19,061 nt of DNA, from positions 1 to 19,061 of the forward strand of contig JAOZFH010000041.1 in NCBI GenBank assembly GCA_027491415.1, read 5' to 3'. Every line of letters starts with the position of its first letter. Position 1 is the first letter of the stretch. Positions 7,364 through 15,423 of the stretch are shown one piece after another. This stretch comes from Thermoproteota archaeon (GTDB lineage Archaea > Korarchaeota > Korarchaeia > Korarchaeales > Korarchaeaceae). The notes under the pieces were generated by a model. The model worked only from the letters and a program-made list of their open reading frames with translations, was not told the DNA's origin and did not search any database. Position numbers and translations under genes: made by a program.

Positions 7364-9250
7364 TTGCCGAAGTACGTGATCCACGTGCTAGTCATGGAGA
7401 AGGTGGCCGCGAGGCTTGCTGGCTCTGAGGACGAGGAGGAGGCTAGGCTGGGCAGGATAATGCAGGAGCACAGGGGGCTGGCCGCCCTGGGGGCCATCGG
7501 CCCCGACCTGTTCTTCTGGGCTCCTGACTACGTCGTCTGTCAAGTGCTCTTGGAGTTCTACGACGCTTGGGACGCCGTGAAGGCCGCTTACGACGCCACC
7601 ATCGGCAAGGTGGTTGAGGCCGTCGAGGCGGTGAAGGACGCGGTCGAGGACGTCATGGAGGTCGTGTCACCCGGCCTGGTGGAGATCCTGGAGTCCGTCC
7701 TAGACGAGGCCGGCGAGACCTTCGACCAGTTCGTGGCCCTGCTCACCAGGGGTCCGCTGGCAGCCGCTCTGAGGGTGGAAAACCTCCTGACCGACCTGGC
7801 CGACCTGCCAGACGCTACAGCCAGGATATTTGACCTGTTCAAGCCCCCCCTGCAGGAGGGGAAGGGAGAGGAGGAGTGGTACTGGTTCGACATGCTGCAC
7901 TACAGGGAGACGGGCGCGTTCGCCAAGAGGCTCCTGGAGCTGGCGCGGACCGAGGAGGAGCGCGCCTACGCCCTGGGCTACCTGACCCACGTGGCCACAG
8001 ACTTCGTCGGTCACGGGTACGTGAACCAGATAGTGGGGGCCCCGTATCGGAACGACGTCCAGAGGCACGTGGTCGTGGAGAACTTCATGGACGCCTGGGC
8101 CTTCCACGAGTACGTGGGGGGAGACATAGCCACCGACCTGGTGGAGTGGCTGGATCTGCCCGAGGAGCTCCCAGAGGGCCTGGTAGACATGCTCTACAGG
8201 GCGTTTCAGGACGTCTACGGCAACCTGCCCCACCCCGCGCTGATCAACAGGGATCTCGGGGGATTCCTCACCAGGGAGGACATCAGGACCACCTACGAGC
8301 TCTTCCTTAGGGTCACGAGGTCCCTAGAGGACGAAATTAGGAAGCCGGAGGAGCCCTTCTCCGGCGTCATGGACGTGCTGGAGGAGATGGGGGAGAGGTT
8401 CTGGGAGAACCTGACGAACCCGCCGGAGCCCCCAGAGGTCGAGGCGGGAGGGTGCAGCGTCTTGGACTACCTCTCGTTCGGGGCCACCGAGAGGTCGAGG
8501 GAGTGCTACGAGAGCCTCGTGGAGAACATGAGGGAGTGGCTGAGCTGGTTCGGCGAGTACCTGGTGTGGTCGCTGGAGAACTTCAAGAGACTCCTCAACA
8601 TGATAGAGGCGGCCCTGGCCAGCCTCGCGGCGGTACAGATACTTGCCCTCCTCTACCTCCTTCAGCTGACCCTCTACGGGATATTGCAGAAGGTGAGGGA
8701 GGTCTTCGCGCTGAACGCCCTGGTCTACCCGCCGGTCTCGCTGGTCTACACGTCGCACGGGAGGAACCTCATCACCCCCTACCAGTGCGGGAGCGAGCCT
8801 GGCCCCTACCCGGCGGTCTGGGCGATCAGGAACTGCCTGAAGTGCCCGGGCTCAGAGGGGTACGAGACCCCGCTGACGCTGCCCTCCACCTACTCGGAGG
8901 CGGACACCCCTAGGACGTTCATCGAGGAGGACAAGCTCAATATGAATGCCCTGAGGGCGTATGCGGAGGCTGAGACCCCTGAGGACACGAGGAGGATCTA
9001 CCTCGCTGGAGCGATGATTACTCCCCCGGCCGCCCCCGCCAAGCCAAAGGCCCCAGAGGTCCCGAGAGTGGGGAGCGCCGTGGAGCTGGCGACCTGGATG
9101 ATCAAGAACTGGGACAGGGACCCTCTCGCGACTGTCAACTGGAACCTGGACTCAGACAGGGGCTTCGGCTACAAGCAGTGGAGGGGCAGGCTGCCCCCCA
9201 GGGCTCCAGACAACCTGGTAGAGGGCGAGACCTACGACGTCTACGGCTAG
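7364..9250 (+). CDS. Zinc-dependent phospholipase C / P1-nuclease fold protein (Zn_dep_PLPC-like) with long helical extensions
   Basis: MPKYVIH, GAIGPDLFF, DMLHY, AYALGYLTHVATDFVGH, RHVVVENFMD, and C-terminal NLDSDRGFG. SD GGAGGTGA precedes the TTG start. Confidence 0.85.
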   Translation: MPKYVIHVLVMEKVAARLAGSEDEEEARLGRIMQEHRGLAALGAIGPDLFFWAPDYVVCQVLLEFYDAWDAVKAAYDATIGKVVEAVEAVKDAVEDVMEVVSPGLVEILESVLDEAGETFDQFVALLTRGPLAAALRVENLLTDLADLPDATARIFDLFKPPLQEGKGEEEWYWFDMLHYRETGAFAKRLLELARTEEERAYALGYLTHVATDFVGHGYVNQIVGAPYRNDVQRHVVVENFMDAWAFHEYVGGDIATDLVEWLDLPEELPEGLVDMLYRAFQDVYGNLPHPALINRDLGGFLTREDIRTTYELFLRVTRSLEDEIRKPEEPFSGVMDVLEEMGERFWENLTNPPEPPEVEAGGCSVLDYLSFGATERSRECYESLVENMREWLSWFGEYLVWSLENFKRLLNMIEAALASLAAVQILALLYLLQLTLYGILQKVREVFALNALVYPPVSLVYTSHGRNLITPYQCGSEPGPYPAVWAIRNCLKCPGSEGYETPLTLPSTYSEADTPRTFIEEDKLNMNALRAYAEAETPEDTRRIYLAGAMITPPAAPAKPKAPEVPRVGSAVELATWMIKNWDRDPLATVNWNLDSDRGFGYKQWRGRLPPRAPDNLVEGETYDVYG

Positions 9251-9549
9251 CTCTCTCTTGGATCGGTCAGCGGCTTCCCCGTAACCCCACCCCCACTCCC
9301 CTTCTTTCACCGCCCGCGGCATCGTGAGGCCGGGCCGTCGCTGCTTACCCAAGACGGCGGCCGGGGGCGGGGGACCGGGTTCCGGCAGGCGCGGGATCTG
9401 GGCACCAGACCAGGGGTGTAGAAGGTCGGGTGAGCCGAACCCCCCGACGAGGCGCGTGTGTTGCCCAAATCGACTGCTCATGGGAGAGACCGAGTCCGTT
9501 GACCGCGGAGGGGAGAAGTCTATAACGCCCCGCCCGGGAGAGGGCGGGG

Positions 9550-10110
9550 ATGTCCCGGCGCCGCGTCTGGTGGACCGCGCTGCTGCTGGGCAGCCTAGCC
9601 CCCGCCGCTGGCATGGGGGGCGTGGCGCTCTCAACAGCCTCCTGCCCGGAGTTCAGCTGGCGCCAGAACGCCCTGAGCGACCTAGGCCACGCCCAACTCA
9701 GCCCGGTCGCCGTGACCTTCAACCTGTCCCTCGCAACCGCGGGGGCCGCCCTCCTGACCTTCTCGGCGGGGTTCGGGAGGGGGAGGTTCCCCCTTACCTC
9801 CCTGATCCTCGGGATCTCGGCCTACCTCCTGATACTCGTCGCCGCCTTCGACGAGAGCTACGGCACCTCCCACAACGCGTCGGCCGCGGCCTTCTTCCTC
9901 TCTCTCCTGGCTGCCGCCGGATCCTACTCCTGGGAGAGAAGATCGCTCCTGCCGGCGACTGCCATCCCGGCGTCGGTGGCCAGCTGGATCTCCTACGCCA
10001 GGCAGGGGGTCCGGTGGGGAATGGCGGTCTCCGAGATGGTGGCCCTGATAGCGTGGCTGGCCTGGTATGTGGACATGGTCTGGAGGGTGTCCTCCAGATC
10101 GGCGGGGTGA
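9550..10110 (+). CDS. DUF998 family membrane protein
   Basis: FSWRQNALSDLG...FN signature, several hydrophobic helices, conserved-type His in GTSHNAS. TATA-like CTATAA about 25 nt upstream. Confidence 0.82.
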   Translation: MSRRRVWWTALLLGSLAPAAGMGGVALSTASCPEFSWRQNALSDLGHAQLSPVAVTFNLSLATAGAALLTFSAGFGRGRFPLTSLILGISAYLLILVAAFDESYGTSHNASAAAFFLSLLAAAGSYSWERRSLLPATAIPASVASWISYARQGVRWGMAVSEMVALIAWLAWYVDMVWRVSSRSAG

Positions 10111-10268
10111 GCCTGGTCGCCCGTGTGGGTCCGTGGGGACTCGTCACGCGGTTAAGGGGGAGATGATCCTGCTGTCCTAGTGGATCCTGGCAGCGGTGAT
10201 CTCCGTACCGAGTGATCTTCCCAGTCCTCCTCCGCAGTAGGTATCTCGAGCTTTAGGGAACGCGCCCG

Positions 10269-10541
10269 TCAGACCTGCCTCACGGCTGACTTCAGGGAGG
10301 CAACGTCCGTCGAGAGAGAGATTACGTCTCTAACGCCGGAGACGTAGCTCACTGAAACCGCGACCTTGGGGCTGCCGAAGAGCTTCTTAAGGCCCAACTG
10401 CAGGGCGGCGTCCTTGTTGAGCGAGATCACTAGCTCCTTGATCCTCCACTCCCCGAGGTCGATGATCAGGTCCGAGACCTTGCCCAAGAGGGCGCCGTCC
10501 GTGGTGACGACGCCCTTTCCGATCAGCTCGCCAGCGCGCAT
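10269..10541 (-). CDS. PRC-barrel domain protein
   Basis: ELIGKGVVTTDGALLGKVSDLIID...W.I..L.I, and C-terminal VSGVRDVISL. TTAAAA about 25 nt upstream on the minus strand. Confidence 0.88.
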   Translation of the reverse strand: MRAGELIGKGVVTTDGALLGKVSDLIIDLGEWRIKELVISLNKDAALQLGLKKLFGSPKVAVSVSYVSGVRDVISLSTDVASLKSAVRQV

Positions 10542-10680
10542 CGATCTGCTGGGCCGGCCCCGGCTTTTAAGGGTCGACTCCGCGCGAGTTCGGGTTGGAA
10601 ACCATTTTTGGTAACCGCTATATTCCCCCCTTCGGGGGAGCTTGGGCCGCTGCGACCGCCAGGTTAAGGCCTATGGGGCC

Positions 10681-11775
10681 ATGGCTGGGGGGCTGAAGCT
10701 GAGGCCCAGGCTCGTCCCCGAGCCGCTGTGGTGGGTCTCGCTCGCCAACCTGGCCGACATGGACCCCAGGGTGCTCGAGCTCTGGCTGGACGAGGGCGAG
10801 AGCCCGCCGGACGTTCAGGCGCTCTGGAGATCCCTCGAGAGGTCGACCGAGTGCGAGATATGCGGGTCGAGGGCGCAGGAACTGGACGAGGTGTGGGAGT
10901 ACGGAGAACTCGACGGCGGGGCGGTCGCGAGGCTCGTGGGGTTCAGGAGCCTCTGCTCCAAGTGCCACCTGGCCACCCACCTCGGCCTGGCGCAGATCAG
11001 GCGGAGGTTCGGGGAGGCGTTCTTCTGGATACAGGCGGTGAACGGCTTATCTCGGACGGAGGCGGCCAGGCTGGTCGACCTGGCGGTGGAGGTGTGGAGG
11101 TGTCTCAGCTCCATCCCCCGGTCGAGGTGGTCGGTCGAGTTACCCGCCCTGGGTGAGTCAGAGGTCAGACCCCGGCTGGAGAGGCTCATGACATCCATGG
11201 TGAGGTCCGAGAGGTTCAGGCCGGCCAGGGGCTGGGTGTGGACGCCCGAGAACCCCAAGGTCTCGGCGCCAAATGTGCAGAGCGCCCTGAGCGAGTACCC
11301 GGGACCCCTCTCGATAGTGAACGAGGCCAGAGAGGCTGGACTGAAGGTGCTGCGGCAGGAGCTGAGCCATGCCGTATCCCTGCTCAGGCGTCCCTCCAAG
11401 CTCGACGGGACGCCCACGGTCGTCGGCAAGTGGATTGTGTTCATGTCGACCCGAGAGGCCCTCAAACTCTTCAGGAGAGTCGCCGAGGCCATAGGCTCGG
11501 GATCCGTCCCGGCGCTCAGGGCGAAGTTGAGCTGGAAGAGGGAGGACTCGAAGGCCGTGATGGTCTACACCCCCAACTTCCTGGACCCGCGGGGCGTGGC
11601 CGAGGTGGCCAGGTGGCTCGCCAGCCTGGGGGTCGCGGGCAGGATGGTCTACAAGCCCGACGTGTTCACCCTTGCCGGCATCTATCGAAGTCACCCGAGC
11701 CTGCGTCCCCACATATACGAGTTCGAGCCCGCGAAGGTCAACGTGGAGGGAGGGGCGCTGGAGGCCTGGCTCTGA
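10681..11775 (+). CDS. HNH-like Zn-finger domain fused to a Bles03/DUF1917 (eIF4E-like fold) domain
   Basis: N-terminal half: LVPEPLW, CEICG, ELDEVWEY, LCSKCHLATHLG, AVNG. C-terminal half from about 11425: GKWIVF, AKLS, VMVYTPNFLD, LG...YKPDVFTLAGIY. Confidence 0.78.
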   Translation: MAGGLKLRPRLVPEPLWWVSLANLADMDPRVLELWLDEGESPPDVQALWRSLERSTECEICGSRAQELDEVWEYGELDGGAVARLVGFRSLCSKCHLATHLGLAQIRRRFGEAFFWIQAVNGLSRTEAARLVDLAVEVWRCLSSIPRSRWSVELPALGESEVRPRLERLMTSMVRSERFRPARGWVWTPENPKVSAPNVQSALSEYPGPLSIVNEAREAGLKVLRQELSHAVSLLRRPSKLDGTPTVVGKWIVFMSTREALKLFRRVAEAIGSGSVPALRAKLSWKREDSKAVMVYTPNFLDPRGVAEVARWLASLGVAGRMVYKPDVFTLAGIYRSHPSLRPHIYEFEPAKVNVEGGALEAWL

Positions 11776-11808
11776 TTACAGAGGGTGGAGGGTGGCCCAG
11801 CCCGGTAG

Positions 11809-13425
11809 TCAGGCTAGGCCGAACTCCTCCAAGACCACCCTCCTCATGAACTTCCAGGGCAGATTCCCGGCGTAGAGCATCGCGTCGTGGAACCTCCTGA
11901 GGTCGAACCGGTCCCCGAGTCTCTCCTCCAGCTCCCTCCTCAGCTGCACGATCAGGTGCTTGCCCAGCAGATACGAGAGTGGGTAGGTGGGCGTCATCGT
12001 GTACCTCCTGACCTCCGCTGTCGCGGCGTTCCTGTCCATCCCCACGTGCTCCACGAGGAAGTCTATGGCCTCCTCGACGCTCATCTCGCCCCTGTGAAGC
12101 TTGACGTCCAGTATGATCCTGGCGGCCCTCCAGAGCAAGTCGTTCACCATTATCAGCCTGTGCTCCGGGTCGTCGTGGAAGCCCTGCTCTTTCATCATCT
12201 CCTCGCAGTAGAAGGCCCAGCCCTCCTGGAACTCGATGGGCCGAGAGAGCAGCCTGACGAGGGAGGGATTCTCGAGGGCGCAGGAGAACTGGAGGTGGTG
12301 CCCTGGATACGCCTCGTGCACCGAGGTGTTCTCGATGCTGGCGTAGCTGTGCTCAGAGAACATCTCGGGCGTGGCCGGCGGAGTCACCAAGTAGATGCCC
12401 TGCCTCACCGGGTCAAACTTCGCCGGGGGCATGTAGGCCGCGAAGGGTATCAGGTGCCTGAGGAACTCGGGAGTCTCCACCACGTCGAGCCTCTCGTTCT
12501 CCGGGATCGTCGCCAGCCCCCTCGAGACCACGAACCTTCTGGCCTCCTCCATGGCCGACCTGTAGGCACGCAGGAGCTCCTCGAATGTCTCGGGGTGCCT
12601 GGACTTGATCTTCCGCAGGACTTCTTCCGGAGATGCGTTGGGGTCTATCGCCCGTGCGATCTCGGCCCTCTCCATCTTCATCCTCTCCAAGTAGTCCCAG
12701 CCAAGCTGGAGTATCTCGTCGGAGCTCATCTCGATACCCCTCAGCTCCAGTAGCCTGTCGAACATCTCCCGGCCTATAGCGAAATCCTCCCTGGCCCTCG
12801 GGATCACGTCCTCCTGCAGCCACCTCGCGTGCCTGGCCATCGCCTCTGAGGCCGCCTGCGCCGCCTCCTGCAACCTCCTCCTCAGATCAGCGCTGACGTC
12901 ACCGGCGGACTGCACCGCGGCGCCGAACAGCGCAGGGGCGTACCTCGTGGACTCCAGCGCTATCTCGACCCAGATCCTCACCGGGTCAGACAGGAGCTCC
13001 CTAGATCTGGACTCGAAGGCGGGAACCTCCTCAAGCCTCGAGGCGACGCTCTCCAGCCTCTGCTCGAGCGGGGCGAAGTCCCTGGCCAGCAGGAGGAATA
13101 TGCCCTCACCCACCGTGTCGGGGACGCCGTCAGACTTCTCCCAACTTCGGAACTCCTCGAACTGGAAGATCGCCAGCTCCGCCGACTGGATAGCCAGCCC
13201 CCTATCGATCCTCCTGTCCCTCGAGAGGGACTCCGGGGGTATGGACTCCACCTCGTCCCTGAACTCCCTGACGAGCCTCGTCTCCTCTTGGATGTGCCTC
13301 CTTGTCCCCTCGGGGAGCCGCCCGTCGTGCTCGTGGACGCCGAGGAAGGTGGCCATGACGGGCTCGAGCTCCATAAATCGGAAGAAGAACTCCCGGACGA
13401 TCGCGTCGAACCTCTCGTCCGACAT
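11809..13425 (-). CDS. DUF885 family zinc metallopeptidase-like protein
   Basis: P..ATFLGVHEHDGRL, HEAYPGHHLQ, EGWAFYCE, LWRAARIILDVKLH, EVRRY..P..LSYLLG, FDLRRFHD. Confidence 0.92.
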   Translation of the reverse strand: MSDERFDAIVREFFFRFMELEPVMATFLGVHEHDGRLPEGTRRHIQEETRLVREFRDEVESIPPESLSRDRRIDRGLAIQSAELAIFQFEEFRSWEKSDGVPDTVGEGIFLLLARDFAPLEQRLESVASRLEEVPAFESRSRELLSDPVRIWVEIALESTRYAPALFGAAVQSAGDVSADLRRRLQEAAQAASEAMARHARWLQEDVIPRAREDFAIGREMFDRLLELRGIEMSSDEILQLGWDYLERMKMERAEIARAIDPNASPEEVLRKIKSRHPETFEELLRAYRSAMEEARRFVVSRGLATIPENERLDVVETPEFLRHLIPFAAYMPPAKFDPVRQGIYLVTPPATPEMFSEHSYASIENTSVHEAYPGHHLQFSCALENPSLVRLLSRPIEFQEGWAFYCEEMMKEQGFHDDPEHRLIMVNDLLWRAARIILDVKLHRGEMSVEEAIDFLVEHVGMDRNAATAEVRRYTMTPTYPLSYLLGKHLIVQLRRELEERLGDRFDLRRFHDAMLYAGNLPWKFMRRVVLEEFGLA

Positions 13426-13543
13426 GATGCGCAGCTCCCGCCCTGTCAGCGGGCGCGCCTCCCCGTCAGGAACTCGGCTTTATCCCTGCCGCTCACTACT
13501 GAGCGCCAAGCGTTATATCCGGTGACCCGGGGGTTCGCCTGAA

Positions 13544-14338
13544 TTGAGCGGAGCTTTCGAGAAGATCGTGGGAGGCGCGTCCGCCTACTGGAGGAACCTG
13601 GAGAGGGGGTTCAAGATCCTGCTCAGCGGGGAGCCCCCCTCCGCCGAGCAGCTCTTGGAAGAGTCCGCCGAGGAGGCCGCCCGCACACTCGGCCACGGCA
13701 CCCCGTCGGAGCTTAGGGAGGGTATCGAATCCCTCTCGCCGGAGATCGTTGAGAGCGGGCTCGAGGCGATGAGGAAGGCCGTTGCCGACCTCACCACCCC
13801 GACCGGCGCCCTGGGGGCTGCGGCCATATCCCTCTTGGTGGGCAAGGCCGGTGTCGAGGGCAAGCCGGAGGCCTTCAAGAGGCTGCTGGACTCCATCAGG
13901 ACAATCAGGGACGGGGTGAGCGTGGAGGAGGCGATAGACTACCTCTCCGCGACCGCCGTCGAGGTGGTCAGGGAGCTCCCCGAGTTCAGGTACTACAAGC
14001 GGGTGGACGACGGGCTCGAGGAGGCCGGGCTGGGGCCGCACGTCAAGCAGCTGGTGCCAGCGCCCGTGTACTGGCTCGGTCGGGCGGTTGGGGCCGGCGC
14101 AGTGACGGGGAGGTTCCTGGCCCTGGAGGCGCTCTCCTTCGGAGGCGTGATAGGTCTAAGCGAAGTGCTCGAGAGGCTGAAGGAGAGTAAGGTGGGTGAG
14201 GACGCTTCTAGACTCCTGCAGGGCCTGGAGGTGGGCGCCCCCGTGCTCCTCTACATACTCGGGGAGGTGGCAGAGGCGGGGGACAGGACCGCCTTGGCCC
14301 TCCCTGCCGCGGCGGCGTGGCTGGCTGGCGAGGACTGA
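13544..14338 (+). CDS. Hypothetical helical protein
   Basis: 264-aa ORF with host codon usage, TTG start about 26 nt after TTATAT. No family recognised. Confidence 0.75.
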   Translation: MSGAFEKIVGGASAYWRNLERGFKILLSGEPPSAEQLLEESAEEAARTLGHGTPSELREGIESLSPEIVESGLEAMRKAVADLTTPTGALGAAAISLLVGKAGVEGKPEAFKRLLDSIRTIRDGVSVEEAIDYLSATAVEVVRELPEFRYYKRVDDGLEEAGLGPHVKQLVPAPVYWLGRAVGAGAVTGRFLALEALSFGGVIGLSEVLERLKESKVGEDASRLLQGLEVGAPVLLYILGEVAEAGDRTALALPAAAAWLAGED

Positions 14339-14354
14339 GCCGGAGGCGGATCTA

Positions 14355-15334
14355 TCACGGGAGCTCGAACGTTGCCGCCACCCTCACCTCGCCGATCTGG
14401 ACGTCCCCGTCCCCGTTGAGGTCTGACCACTCCAGGAGGTAGCCCACTCCCGGCTTCAACATGGGTTGGTGGTGGGCCGCCCAGGTCGCGGCGGCGAGCG
14501 TGCCGTAGCGCGTGCACCCCATCGCTCCGACCCACAGCACGCCTCCCCTGTCGATCGAGAATACGACGGCGTAGTCGTGCCAGGCCCAGTCTGCGCCGCC
14601 GGCCACCAAGACAGTGCCGTTGGGCAGGCGGAGCTCGACCCCCTCGGCGGTGCGATTGAATGAGATACCCGCCTCCTCCAAGATCGGGATCGCCGACGGG
14701 TTAGCCAGGGGACCTCCAACGACCACGACCATGTCGGCCCCGGCCGGGGCCGCCGTGGAGGTCTCGAGTCCCATGCGGGAGGCGATGAACTCGGCCGCCT
14801 GCCTGTCAACCCACCCCTTGTAGACCGAGTACCCGGCGACCGGCGTCGTCGAGGGCGGTGCGGCCAGCCTGCAGATCACGTTGAGATCTATCTCACCCTC
14901 GCCCGCGGTCAAGACGGTCCAATCAGGACCTATGAACACCCAGCTCCCCAGGAACCTGACGCCGAAGTCCCTCCAGATCTCCCGGTCGTCCTGGACGAAC
15001 ATCCACCCCGAGACACGAGGGACTGGACGAACTCCCAGTTTGCGTCCTCAGACCCTCCGACCCCCACGAGCACGACCCTTATGGACCCGCTGTTCTCGCA
15101 GCTCCCCCACGACTCCGCCAGCCGGGTGAGCCTTTGGCGACACTCGGAGCAGTACGAGGCGAAGAAGACCAGTAGGGTATAGCCCCCTCGGAGAGAGTCT
15201 GAACTAACGATCTTACCGTCCGGGGTGGTGAGTTCAAACTCCGGTGCCTTCTGACCGGGTGAAGGGAGCGATAAGACCTGTACGGGGGCCGCCGCGAGGA
15301 GCAGGAGCAGCGCCGCCGCAGTCCGAACCCGCAT
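14355..15334 (-). pseudogene. Secreted TlpA/redoxin-family CxxC protein fused to an S-layer-like domain, split by a 1-nt deletion near 15016 (pseudogene or assembly error)
   Basis: Signal peptide, PGQKAPEFEL, and FFASYCSEC in one frame; FGVRFLGSWVFIGPD, VVVGGPLANP, GCTRYGT and WSDLNGDG in another. Adding one G (CTC GT GTC to CTC GGT GTC) gives continuous FVQSLGVSGWMFVQDD. Confidence 0.8.
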
Positions 15335-15423
15335 CTCGCCACCTTGCGGGGTGGAGAATATCACGTTGACTCGACCGACGCCTTCAGATCACGTTTTTCA
15401 CTGAGACACGGGTATCTGCCCGG

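Noticed and set aside
9260-9450. SRP RNA suggested by minus-strand GGGGGGTTCGGC
   Set aside because: No helix-8 CAGG-GNRA-AGCAG motif follows at a suitable distance.
9324-10166. 280-aa Arg/Pro/Gly-rich ORF and similar overlapping ORFs (e.g. 986-1654, 11887-12753, 10815-11492, 15361-16029)
   Set aside because: Off-frame or antisense products of GC-rich coding DNA that overlap better-supported genes.
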